The notes below the pieces were generated by a model. The model did no database searches, was not told where the DNA came from, and saw nothing but the letters and a program-made list of their open reading frames with translations. Below are positions 29,193-39,534 of a stretch of DNA of 64,000 nucleotides, in pieces. The DNA lies in NCBI GenBank assembly GCA_963665235.2, contig CAXXLX010000002.1:32001-96000 (forward strand), given 5' to 3'. Source of the DNA: Candidatus Poribacteria bacterium (GTDB lineage: Bacteria; Poribacteria; WGA-4E; WGA-3G). A program made the position numbers and the translations under genes. Position 1 is the stretch's first letter, and each line of letters starts with the position of its first letter.

Positions 29193-31457
29193 ATGAATAA
29201 CAAAAAGACCGTATTATTTATTTTCACAACTATCTTATGTGCATGCCTTATGCATGCCACACTGATGAACGCATCGGCGCAGGTGGATAAGATATACTGG
29301 ACGGACCTTACAACGGGCAAAATTGTGCGCACAGATATCGATGGGACAGATAAAACAGAACTCGTCACGGGGTTGTCAAATCCGAGCGGGATTGCCTTGG
29401 ATGTTTCAGCAGGCAAAATCTATTGGACAGACCAAGGCTTCGGTAAAATCCTGGCTGCCAACCTTGATGGGTCAGATGAAACAGATGTCCTCACGGGCTT
29501 GTCAAAACCAACGGCTATTGCATTGACAAGTAGCAAGATATACTGGACTGACACCTCCGATTATAAAATCTATTCTGCCAACCTTGATGGGTCCAGTCAA
29601 ACCCCCCTTGTCTCGAACGTGTCATCATCCGGTATCGCCGTGACAAGTAGCAAGATATACTGGACAGACTATTCCGCTGATAAAATTCGGTCTGCGGACC
29701 TCACTGGCTCAAATCAAACAGACCTTATCACAACCGGAAGCTCCCCAGCCGGTATCGATGTCACAAGTAGCTACATATATTGGGTAGACACGCTAGCTGA
29801 TAAAATCCAGTACGCGCCGATTGCCGGGGGAACTGCTACAGACCTCATCACGACCGGATTGAATGTTCCAAGGAGTGTCGCCGTGACAAGCGAAAAGATA
29901 TATTGGGCGGAGTCGAACAGTGGCGAAATTGAGGTCGCGGACCTTCAGAACAATAGCATATCAAATAGAAAAACCCTCGTCAGTACAAATGCATGGAATG
30001 TCGCGCTGCTTATCGGTAAGAGTGAACCAGAGCAACCTACAAGTTTAACGGCGATTCCGAACGCGGATAAAACAGTGGCGTTGTCTTGGACAGCCCCCAC
30101 GAACACCGGCGGCTATTCTATCGATGGGTATGTCATCAAGCAAACAGGGCCCGCAGATAATACCTATAATACCACTAGCACTAGCTACACTACACCTGCT
30201 TTGGCTAATGGACAATATTCGTGGACAGTGGCTGCCAAGAACGTTGTAGGCACCAGTATCGCAAGCAGTTCCTCCTCGGCGAGAGTCTTTTCCCTGGACG
30301 TGGCTGATGCTGTGCCGGGGCTCAGCAGTCAAGAACTCTCGCAGCTCGCCGCACTGTTGAAGTATGATACTGTCATCTTCAATGAACTGCACAACGGCTC
30401 CGACGATGCCACGGACTGGCTGGAACTCCGCAATGTAAGCGCGGCCGCTATTGAACTTGACGACTATCAACTCACTATCCTAACAGGTGAAAGCAGTAGC
30501 GTCGTACAATTCCCCGCAGACACGGTCATTCCGGCAGGTGATGTGCTTTTAATCACCAACCCCGATACAGCATCAGCCGATATATCCGTTCTGTCTGTGG
30601 TTTCCGAAACGTTCGTGATACCGCAAACCGATTTCGCGCTAATTCTGCGAAGTCCCACGGCATTCAGCGATCTCGCTGGGAACTACTTTGAAGGGGACAT
30701 TCCGGCAACCGCCCCCGCATTCACCGTAGACACCGTGTGGGACCGCACCCAGCCAACTGTCTTCGGGTATCGTGCGGAAGCGTGGTCGAAGAGCACGTAT
30801 CAAAATGGACTCGGCTCTCCGGGCTATCAGCCTCTGATGCCATCGGTGGATATCAATAGCGATGGGGTTGTAAACATCTTTGATTTGGTATTAGTCGCCT
30901 CACAGTTCGGGACGACAAGCACAACTGCCGATCTGAATGGTGACGGCACTGTCAACATGGTTGATTTGGCTTTAGTTGCTGGTGCGTTAGGTCCCGCTAT
31001 CGGCGCACCGACTGCAAATCAGTCCAATGCGGCCATCGTCAACACTTGGCTCAAACTCGCGCGTGAAAACGCCGTAAACCTTGTTGTAACATCAATCCCG
31101 GAAGGATTTTCCTACCAGCGCGGTATAGCTATGCTTGAAGCGTTAGCACGTGCTTTAACCCCGGATACAACCGCCTTATTGGCGAACTATCCGAACCCGT
31201 TCAACCCAGAGACATGGATACCGTATCAGTTATCCAAAGCCGCTGATGTAACAATAACGATATATGCGTCAGATGGGAGCGTCGTTCGGACATTAGCACT
31301 GGGACATCAGGATGTGGGCATGTATAAAACCCGTAGTCAAGCCGCATATTGGGATGGCAAAAATGAGACAGGTGAGTCTGTAGCGAGCGGTGTGTATTTC
31401 TACACCCTCACCGCAGGCGATTTCTCTGCTACGCGCAAAATGCTCATCCTTAAATAA
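29193..31457 (+). CDS. Array gene 1: secreted YWTD (LDL-receptor class B) propeller + FN3 + lamin-tail/dockerin/FlgD-Ig cassette
   Basis: Signal peptide; six (K/Y)IYW(T/V/A)(D/E) repeats; LSWTAP FN3; FNELHNG..DWLELRN; paired DxNxDG; NYPNPFNPETWIPYQL...RKMLILK. Confidence 0.9.
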   Translation: MNNKKTVLFIFTTILCACLMHATLMNASAQVDKIYWTDLTTGKIVRTDIDGTDKTELVTGLSNPSGIALDVSAGKIYWTDQGFGKILAANLDGSDETDVLTGLSKPTAIALTSSKIYWTDTSDYKIYSANLDGSSQTPLVSNVSSSGIAVTSSKIYWTDYSADKIRSADLTGSNQTDLITTGSSPAGIDVTSSYIYWVDTLADKIQYAPIAGGTATDLITTGLNVPRSVAVTSEKIYWAESNSGEIEVADLQNNSISNRKTLVSTNAWNVALLIGKSEPEQPTSLTAIPNADKTVALSWTAPTNTGGYSIDGYVIKQTGPADNTYNTTSTSYTTPALANGQYSWTVAAKNVVGTSIASSSSSARVFSLDVADAVPGLSSQELSQLAALLKYDTVIFNELHNGSDDATDWLELRNVSAAAIELDDYQLTILTGESSSVVQFPADTVIPAGDVLLITNPDTASADISVLSVVSETFVIPQTDFALILRSPTAFSDLAGNYFEGDIPATAPAFTVDTVWDRTQPTVFGYRAEAWSKSTYQNGLGSPGYQPLMPSVDINSDGVVNIFDLVLVASQFGTTSTTADLNGDGTVNMVDLALVAGALGPAIGAPTANQSNAAIVNTWLKLARENAVNLVVTSIPEGFSYQRGIAMLEALARALTPDTTALLANYPNPFNPETWIPYQLSKAADVTITIYASDGSVVRTLALGHQDVGMYKTRSQAAYWDGKNETGESVASGVYFYTLTAGDFSATRKMLILK

Positions 31458-31795
31458 CGTGTTAATAGGCTCTCTAGCTGTCAGAATCGCGGAGACTACA
31501 GAGGACACAGAGGGCACGGAAAAAGAGGTTTTTTTCTAACCTGCTCGAATTTGTGAAGGGAAACTGAAATGCACAAAAGACCCCTTCCGCGTTCTCCGCG
31601 CCTCCCGCGATTCAGACAAAGGAGCACGGCACGTAGGGGCGGGGTCTCCCCGCCCGAGAGGTGCGATAAGATAAAAAAATAATACGGTTCTTTCGTCTGA
31701 GCCGGGTCGGTAACAAAGGAGCTCTTAATTCTGCGTTTTCCGCGCCTTCCGCGCTAATCCGCGATTCAGACAAACAAAAATTTAAGGAGAACAAA

Positions 31796-34700
31796 ATGTT
31801 AAAACGATTGACAGTTACAACCCTTTTTCTTATCTTGACCCTTTCCGTTTTCATGTTAGGCGTTGACGAGGCATTCGCCGCACCAAATCCGCCAAGCTCA
31901 TTCACCGTATCCAAAGTGACCAGCAACGGCTTTAAAATCAGCTGGTCGGGCGGCCCGGGCTTTGGATGGTCCGCTATAGGTCACAACTTCCGACACCGAG
32001 AAAAGGGGACTACAGGCTGGACAGAATATGGCGCAGGTAACTATACAAATATTGAGTTTTTTTCGCTAAAACCAGCCACTACTTATGAATACCAAGTGAG
32101 TACTCATGCCGAAGTTTTTATCGTTCCTGCTACGAAATGGAGTGGCTGGTCGTCAACACAGGAGGCGACGACGAACAGCCCGCCGCAGACGCAAGGTTCC
32201 ATGTCCAACCGAACGTTCAAAGTTGAGGCGGATGCCATTACGATGGATGTGAGCGGTTATTTCACCGACCCCGATGGCGATACACTAACCTACACGACAT
32301 CCGTAGCGAATAGCGGGGCAAACGTCACCGTCAGTCTATCAGATGACACGCTAACCCTCACACCGGGAGCGAATGTTGGGACAGCCACAGTCACGGTGAC
32401 TGCCAGTGATGTCGACCGCTCCGCCACACAGACCTTCACGGTAACGGTGGAGCCTTATTATGTGCCGCAGCCAGTGGGAACAATTCCGGACCAGACCTTA
32501 AAAGTCGATAGCTCTAGTAAAATTAATGCAAGTGCCTACTTCACACATCCCGATGGCGATACGATGACGTATAGCGCAACTTCATCCGATACGGCTAAAG
32601 CCACAGTAAGCCTGTCATGGGTAAATCTAACCATCAGCCCAGTGGCTATAGGGACATCGACAATCACCGTGACTGTCACGGATAGCCGCGGTGCCACCGC
32701 CACACAGTCCTTCACGGTAACGGTGGAGCCTTATTATGTGCCGCAGCCAGTGGGAACAATTCTGGACCAGACCTTAAAAGTCGGTGGCACTGACAGTATA
32801 ATCTCGACAATTGCTATAATTCATGTGAGTGACTCCTTCAGCCATCCCGATGGCGATACGATGACCTATAGTGCAACCTCATCCGATACGAGCAAAGCCA
32901 CAGTGAATATCGTGGTGTCAGAATCGCCATCAGGAACCTTGGCAACGCTAACTGTCACGGCGGTGGCTGCGGGGACGTCGACAATCACCGTGACAGCGAC
33001 AGATAGCCGCAGTGCCACCGCCACACAGACCTTCACGGTAACCGTGTGGGCAAACTCGGCACCGGTGACAGTGGGCTCTATTCCGGACCAGTCGGTGAGA
33101 GTCGGTGGTACTGCTGGGACCGTTCATGTAAGCAGTTACTTCAGCGACCCCGATGGCGATACGATGACCTATAGTGCAACCTCATCGGATACGAGCATCG
33201 CCACAGCGGGTCTGCTCGGGGCCACGCTCACTATCACTGGAGTGGCCGCAGGCACCGCGACGATAACTGTGACCGCAACGGATCCTGACGACGCAACGGC
33301 TACGCAGACCATCTCTGTCCAAGCCCTTCCAAATCGCGCACCGACCGCTGTGGGCACAATTCCGGACCAATCGGTGAGAGTCGGTAGCACTGCCGCGACA
33401 GTGGATGTGAGTTCCTACTTCAGTGATGCTGATGGGAATCCACTAACCTATAGTGCAACCTCATCGGATACGAGCAGAGCCACAGTGAGTTTGGCAAACT
33501 CAACGCTCACCATCACGGCGGTGGCTGTAGGGTCGGCGACAATCACTGTCACAGCAACGGATACCAGCAACGCAACTGGGACGCAGACCATCCCTGTCGT
33601 CGTCTCTTCAAATCGAACACCGACCAAGGTGGGTTCAATTCCAACCCAAACCGTGGGTGTCGGTGGCACTGCTACGACCGTTGACCTGAGTTCCTACTTC
33701 AGCGACCCCGATGGAAATCCACTAACCTATAGTGCAACCTCATCTAACACCAACAGAGCTACAGTCAGTGTGTCGGGCTCGACCCTAACCATCACCGCAG
33801 TCGCTACCGGGTGGTTGACAGTCACCGTGACAGCAACGGATACCAGCAACGCAACTGGGACGCAGACCTTCTATGTCAATGTCGTTTCAAATCGCGCACC
33901 GACCAGAGTCGGCACAATTTCGAGCCAATTGGTCAGAGTCGGTAGCACTGCTGGGACACCTGATGTAGGTCCCTACTTTAGCGATCCCGATGGACATACA
34001 CTAACCTATAGTGCAATCTCATATAACACAAGCAGAGCTACAGTAAGCGTGTCGGGGTCAGCGGTAACCATCACCGGAGTGGCTGTAGGCAACACGACAA
34101 TAAGGGTGAAAGCGACAGATATCCACAACGCAAGCACTACACAGAGTTTCTCTGTTAAGGTCGTTGCAAGCGACGCGGTGGTCCGTGTGGGTACAATTTC
34201 CACCCAAACCGTGTTTGCGGATAGCACTGCCGGAACAGTAGATATGAGCAGTTACTTCAGCGGTCCCGATGGCGTTACACTAACCTATAGTGCAACCTCA
34301 TCTAGTACGAGCAGAGCCACAGTGACCGTGTCAGGGTCAATCGTAACCATCACCGGAGTGGCTGTGGGGTGGTCGACAATAAGAGTGACAGCGACAGCTC
34401 CCAGCAACGCATCCGCTACACAGACCTTCTCTGTCCGCGTTTCAAATCGCGCACCGACCACTGTCGGTACAATTCCGACTCAAACGGTGAGAGTCGGTGG
34501 CACTGCCGCGACAGTGGATGTGAGTAGTTATTTCAGCGATCCCGATGGACATACACTAACCTATAGTGCAATCTCATATAGCACAAGCAGAGCTACAGTG
34601 ACCGTGTCGGGGTCAACTTTGACCATAACGGCAGTCGGTACCGGATCGGCGACAATAAGAGTGAAAGCGACAGATACCAGCAACGCATACGCCACACAGA

Positions 34701-36487
34701 CTTTCTCTGTCATTACCAACGTGGTAATCGCTGTGGGTACAATTCCGGAACAAACGGTGTCGCTGAGTGGTACTACCGCTGTGCCCCTTGATGTGAGTAG
34801 CTACTTCGAAGGTCCCGATGGTACCGCGTTAACCTATAGGGCAACCTCATCGGATACTACCAAAACGACAGTGAGCGTGTCAGAGGCAACGGTGACCACC
34901 ACCGGCGTGGCTGCCGGGTCAGCGACAATCACAGTGACAGCGACAACTACCGGCAACGCAAGTGCTACGCAGACTTTCTCCATCAACGTCGTTTCAAACC
35001 TCGCACCGATCGCTGTAGGCACAATTCCGACGCTCAATACTGCTCAGACTTGGAATGAGCAGTTCGACGTTAGCAGCTATTTCAGCGACCCTGATGGCAA
35101 TACCTTGACCTACGCCGCAAGCTCTTCTGATACCACTATAGCCGAGGCAGGCATTAGTGTCACGCATAGTTCGGCGGTGTATGTCTTCGGAAATGGTGTG
35201 GGAACAGCGACAGTCACCGTGACGGCGACAGACCCAAGCAATGCGACTGCTACGCAGACCTTCTCCGTTACCGTTACTGCCCAAACCGCCGATGCCGTGC
35301 CAGGGCTTAGTAGTGTTGAACTATCACAGCTCAGCGCACTGCTCACATACAGGACAGTTATCTTCAACGAACTTCACAACGGAGCTGATGATACCAAAGA
35401 CTGGTTGGAACTCCGAAACGTCAGTGGTGCAGACCTTCCACTTGACGACTATCAACTCACTGTTCGGACAGGAAGCGGTCAGGCAGTTATTGCGTTCCCC
35501 GCAGGCACGGTCATCCCCGTAGGTGAAGTCCTTCTACTCACCAACACAGCGGGAGGTCGCGAGCAAAGCTCGCTCCTACAAGAAGATGGTGAGATGGCAT
35601 CAGCGGATGATATGTCCGTGTTGTCTGTGGTTTCTGAAAAGTTTGTGTTGCCACAAGCACCGTTTGCATTGATGCTACGCAACCCAACGGTATTTGGTGA
35701 TATAGCAGGGAATTACGTCCAAGGCGAAGCCCTAGCAACGATTCCCAGTCTCACCGTGGATACGGTGTGGGAGCGCACCCAGCCAACTGTCTTCGGGTAT
35801 CGCGCGGAGGCGTGGGTGAAGAGCACCTATCAAAATGGACTCGGCTCCCCAGGCTATTATCCTCAAATGCCATCAACAGATCTGAATAGCGATGGTGTTG
35901 TAAACATTTTTGATCTGGTATTAGTCGCCTCACAGTTCGGGACGACAAGCACAACTGCCGATCTGAATATGGACGGCACTGTCAACATGGTTGATTTGGC
36001 TTTAGTTGCTGGTGCGTTAGGTCCCGCTATCGGTGCACCGACAGCGAAACAGTCCAATGCGGCCATCGTCAACACTTGGCTCAAACTTGCACGTGAAAAC
36101 GCCGCAAACGTCGTTGTAACATCAATCCCCGAAGGATTTTCCTACCAGCGCGGTATAGCTATGCTTGAAGCGTTAGCACGTGCTTTAACCCCGGATACAA
36201 CCGCCTTATTGGCGAACTATCCGAACCCGTTCAACCCAGAGACGTGGATACCGTATCAGTTGTCAAAATCGACTGATGTGACCATAACGATATATGCCTC
36301 AGATGGCAACATTGTTCGGACGTTAGCGATAGGATATCAGGATGCTGGGTTATATAAGAATCGCAGCCAAGCTGCATATTGGGATGGCAAAAATGAGATA
36401 GGCGAGTCCGTAGCGAGCGGTGTATATTTCTACACCCTCACCGCAGGCGATTTCTCTGCTACGCGCAAAATGCTCATCCTCAAATAA
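31796..36487 (+). CDS. Array gene 2: FN3 + 11 cadherin-like Ig repeats + C-terminal cassette
   Basis: MLKRLT signal peptide; ~93-aa repeats NxAPxxVGTIP...YFSDPDGxTLTY...ATQTFxV. Confidence 0.92.
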   Translation: MLKRLTVTTLFLILTLSVFMLGVDEAFAAPNPPSSFTVSKVTSNGFKISWSGGPGFGWSAIGHNFRHREKGTTGWTEYGAGNYTNIEFFSLKPATTYEYQVSTHAEVFIVPATKWSGWSSTQEATTNSPPQTQGSMSNRTFKVEADAITMDVSGYFTDPDGDTLTYTTSVANSGANVTVSLSDDTLTLTPGANVGTATVTVTASDVDRSATQTFTVTVEPYYVPQPVGTIPDQTLKVDSSSKINASAYFTHPDGDTMTYSATSSDTAKATVSLSWVNLTISPVAIGTSTITVTVTDSRGATATQSFTVTVEPYYVPQPVGTILDQTLKVGGTDSIISTIAIIHVSDSFSHPDGDTMTYSATSSDTSKATVNIVVSESPSGTLATLTVTAVAAGTSTITVTATDSRSATATQTFTVTVWANSAPVTVGSIPDQSVRVGGTAGTVHVSSYFSDPDGDTMTYSATSSDTSIATAGLLGATLTITGVAAGTATITVTATDPDDATATQTISVQALPNRAPTAVGTIPDQSVRVGSTAATVDVSSYFSDADGNPLTYSATSSDTSRATVSLANSTLTITAVAVGSATITVTATDTSNATGTQTIPVVVSSNRTPTKVGSIPTQTVGVGGTATTVDLSSYFSDPDGNPLTYSATSSNTNRATVSVSGSTLTITAVATGWLTVTVTATDTSNATGTQTFYVNVVSNRAPTRVGTISSQLVRVGSTAGTPDVGPYFSDPDGHTLTYSAISYNTSRATVSVSGSAVTITGVAVGNTTIRVKATDIHNASTTQSFSVKVVASDAVVRVGTISTQTVFADSTAGTVDMSSYFSGPDGVTLTYSATSSSTSRATVTVSGSIVTITGVAVGWSTIRVTATAPSNASATQTFSVRVSNRAPTTVGTIPTQTVRVGGTAATVDVSSYFSDPDGHTLTYSAISYSTSRATVTVSGSTLTITAVGTGSATIRVKATDTSNAYATQTFSVITNVVIAVGTIPEQTVSLSGTTAVPLDVSSYFEGPDGTALTYRATSSDTTKTTVSVSEATVTTTGVAAGSATITVTATTTGNASATQTFSINVVSNLAPIAVGTIPTLNTAQTWNEQFDVSSYFSDPDGNTLTYAASSSDTTIAEAGISVTHSSAVYVFGNGVGTATVTVTATDPSNATATQTFSVTVTAQTADAVPGLSSVELSQLSALLTYRTVIFNELHNGADDTKDWLELRNVSGADLPLDDYQLTVRTGSGQAVIAFPAGTVIPVGEVLLLTNTAGGREQSSLLQEDGEMASADDMSVLSVVSEKFVLPQAPFALMLRNPTVFGDIAGNYVQGEALATIPSLTVDTVWERTQPTVFGYRAEAWVKSTYQNGLGSPGYYPQMPSTDLNSDGVVNIFDLVLVASQFGTTSTTADLNMDGTVNMVDLALVAGALGPAIGAPTAKQSNAAIVNTWLKLARENAANVVVTSIPEGFSYQRGIAMLEALARALTPDTTALLANYPNPFNPETWIPYQLSKSTDVTITIYASDGNIVRTLAIGYQDAGLYKNRSQAAYWDGKNEIGESVASGVYFYTLTAGDFSATRKMLILK

Positions 36488-36504
36488 CGGGTTATAGGAC
36501 TTAC

Positions 36505-36615
36505 GCCTTCCCCCCTGCTTGCGTGGGGTTAGGGGGGATACACTTACTACTAGCGATGGAATGACAAAAGCTACATTACGCCTTCCCCCCTGCTTGCGGG
36601 GGGGTAGGGGGGGTA
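36505..36615. repeat. Two GC-rich palindromic repeats
   Basis: GCCTTCCCCCCTGCTTGCG(T/G)GGGG..TAGGGGGG occurs twice. Confidence 0.7.
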
Positions 36616-36684
36616 AACCCCTGTGAAAACCCGAGAAATCTGTTCTATTTGCATCCGTCCTGGTAAATATTACAAGGAGATATA

Positions 36685-39406
36685 ATGCTTTTTTTCAAGA
36701 GAATGACAATTCTATTCTGCCTCATCCTTGTTGGCAGTCCTGTCTATGCAGACACGTTTCTATTCAAAAAAACCTTCGGATTTTGGTTCCAGGACCCTGT
36801 TATTTGGAGTGTACCTGTGCCATCAACGAACCCGCATGAACCAGCATATTATAAAGGGACTGTCAGTGAAATCTTCGTTGTGAATGCGCCTACACATCTC
36901 TGGGTCTCCATTCGTAAATCCGACATACAAACTGACGGTAGTATCAGGTTACTACCCCTTGGTAATGCATTGAACAATGTCACAGAGAACACCGCTGCGG
37001 ATCATGACTTCGTTATCGAGGCAAAGAATAGCAGTAACCAGTGGGTGGCAGTGGAAAATGAGGATGAAGATAGTTTTATCCTAATTGAGGATGCCCACAC
37101 TTTACCAACGGCCGGAGATAACCCTGGACGCATAATCCTGCGTGTATCGCTCGACCCAATAAGCAGGAATACCACACCAAAAGCAACAGGGCTTTCCGTG
37201 CGTATTCACAAACCTGATGGTTTTGTTGCACATAGCGCGGCACATTGGATAAGTTACACAGTCTCACAATCCGTTTTTGATAGAGATGCGGATGGCGATG
37301 TAGACCAAACCGATGTAGATACGGGGGCCTTGGATTTTGACGAAGATGGTGATACAGATCAGCAAGATACCACTTTGCACCAGAAAGCACGGGATGCCTA
37401 CGGCACACCGACCGCTGAAGGGACAATTCCAGATCGCTTATTGACAAAAGAGATCGGGGACTACTGTGAAGACCGCCACGATTAACGTGAGTGGTTACTT
37501 CAGAGACCCCGAAGGCCTTACCTTGACCTACACCGCTAGCTCCTCGAATACCACGGTAGCGACGGTAAGTGTATCGAGTGAAACACTAACGATCACGGTG
37601 GAGGCAAGTGGGACCGCAAGCATAACCGTGACAGCAACTGACCCCGACAGTTTGAGTGCTACCCAGAGATTTTCTGTCAAGACCGAAGTGATAGTAGCAC
37701 CAGCACCCACTAATCTGAGGCAAACCGGCTACAGAGGTTCTGCCTCTTTTCCAATAACTTGGACAGCACCTACCACGACTCTAGCGATCACAGGGTATGA
37801 CGTAGAGTACCGTGTGAGCGGAACATCCGATTTCACAGATGCCGGCCACACAGGGACAGGGACCGCCAATTTTAAGATCAACGGATTGACACCGGAAACT
37901 ACCTATCAAGTTCGCGTCCGGGCACGCCTCACGAATGATTTCAGTTATTGGACAGGTCATTTGCAAGTTACAACAAGGATTGGACCGCCTACCAATGTGA
38001 CTGTATCTAATATAGGCGGGTACACTGCTACGATAAGTTGGACAGCACCGAGGAGCAATATTAACAAGTACAGCGTGCTCTACAAAAAAACGACTGTGCA
38101 ATCTTACACTGACACGGAAAGTACAACTACGAGTATTACCTTAACCAATTTGGATCTGGTCACTGATTATTATGTCATCGTAGCAGCAAAGGGAGGCAGT
38201 GAAACAGGTGAATATGCCCCTACTGTCACTTTCAAGACGTTACCATATCCCGCAGATACTATTCCGGGGCTCAGCAGTCAAGAACTCTCACAATTGGTTA
38301 CCTTGTTCACTTACGACACGGTTATTTTCAGCGAATTGCACAACGGTTCCGACGATGCAAACGATTGGTTGGAGCTCCGAAATGTCAGTGATGCTGACCT
38401 CCCGTTAGACGATTGGGAACTCACCATCCGGACAGCGGAGAGTAATGTCGTTGTGACGTTCCCCACAGGCACGGTGATGCCTACAGGTGAAGTCCTTTTG
38501 CTCACTAACACCGAGATGGCATCAGCAGATGATATGTCTGTGTTATCTGTGGTTTCTGAAACGTTTGTGTTGCCACAGGAGGATTTTGCATTGATCTTGC
38601 GAAGTCCGACAGTATTCGGTGACATCGCAGGGAATTACGTCCAAGGCGAAGCCTTAGCAACGATGCCCACCCTTACTGTGGATAAGGTATGGGCCCGAAC
38701 ACAACCGATAGTTTTTGGGTACAGCGCAGAGGCGTGGGCAGTTAGCACGTATCAAAATGGGCTCGGCACCCCGGGGTATCAACCACCATCAACGGATCTA
38801 AATAACGATGGTGTCGTAAACATTTTTGATTTGGTGCTGGTTGCATCACAATTCGGTGTACCTGGTTCGTCATTAGCGGATCTGAATGGTGATAACGCTG
38901 TAAACATTCAAGATTTGGCTTTGGTTGCGGGGATGTTGGGGCCCGCTCTCGGCGCGCCGACTGCGAATCAGTCCGATGCAGCCGTCGTCAACAGTTGGTT
39001 GAAGCTTGCACGTCAAGATACATCAAACGTTGTGAAAACGTCTATCCCAGAAGGTTTCTCTTACTATCGCGGCATTCAGGTCCTTGAACAGTTAGCACGT
39101 GCGTTGACCCCGGATACAACCGCCTTGTTAGCAAACTATCCGAACCCGTTCAACCCAGAGACGTGGATACCGTATCAGTTATCCAAAGCAGCAGATGTGA
39201 CGCTAACGATATATGCCTCGGATGGCAGTGCCGTTCGGACGTTAGCACTGGGACATCAGGATGTGGGCATGTATCACAACCGCAGCCAAGCCGCGTATTG
39301 GGATGGCAAAAATGCGTTAGGTGAGTCCGTAGCCAGCGGTGTGTATTTCTACACCCTCACCGCCGGCGACTTCTCCGCCACGCGCAAAATGCTCATCCTC
39401 AAATAA
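36685..39406 (+). pseudogene. Array gene 3, split by a +1 frameshift near 37445-37460: novel N-domain + DxDxDG pair + cadherin-like repeat + 2 FN3 + cassette
   Basis: ORF 36685-37485 ends in the first part of a repeat (PTAEGTIPD). ORF 37466-39406 continues it (ATINVSGYFRDPEG) and has no signal peptide. Confidence 0.8.
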
Positions 39407-39534
39407 CGTGTTAATAGGCTCTCTGGTTGTCAGAGTCGCGGAGTGCACAGAGGACACAGAGGGCACCGAAAAAGAGGTGTTTGTTCAGGCTTCTATGTTT
39501 ACTTATGAAAACCAAAGACAAAGGAGAAAATGAA

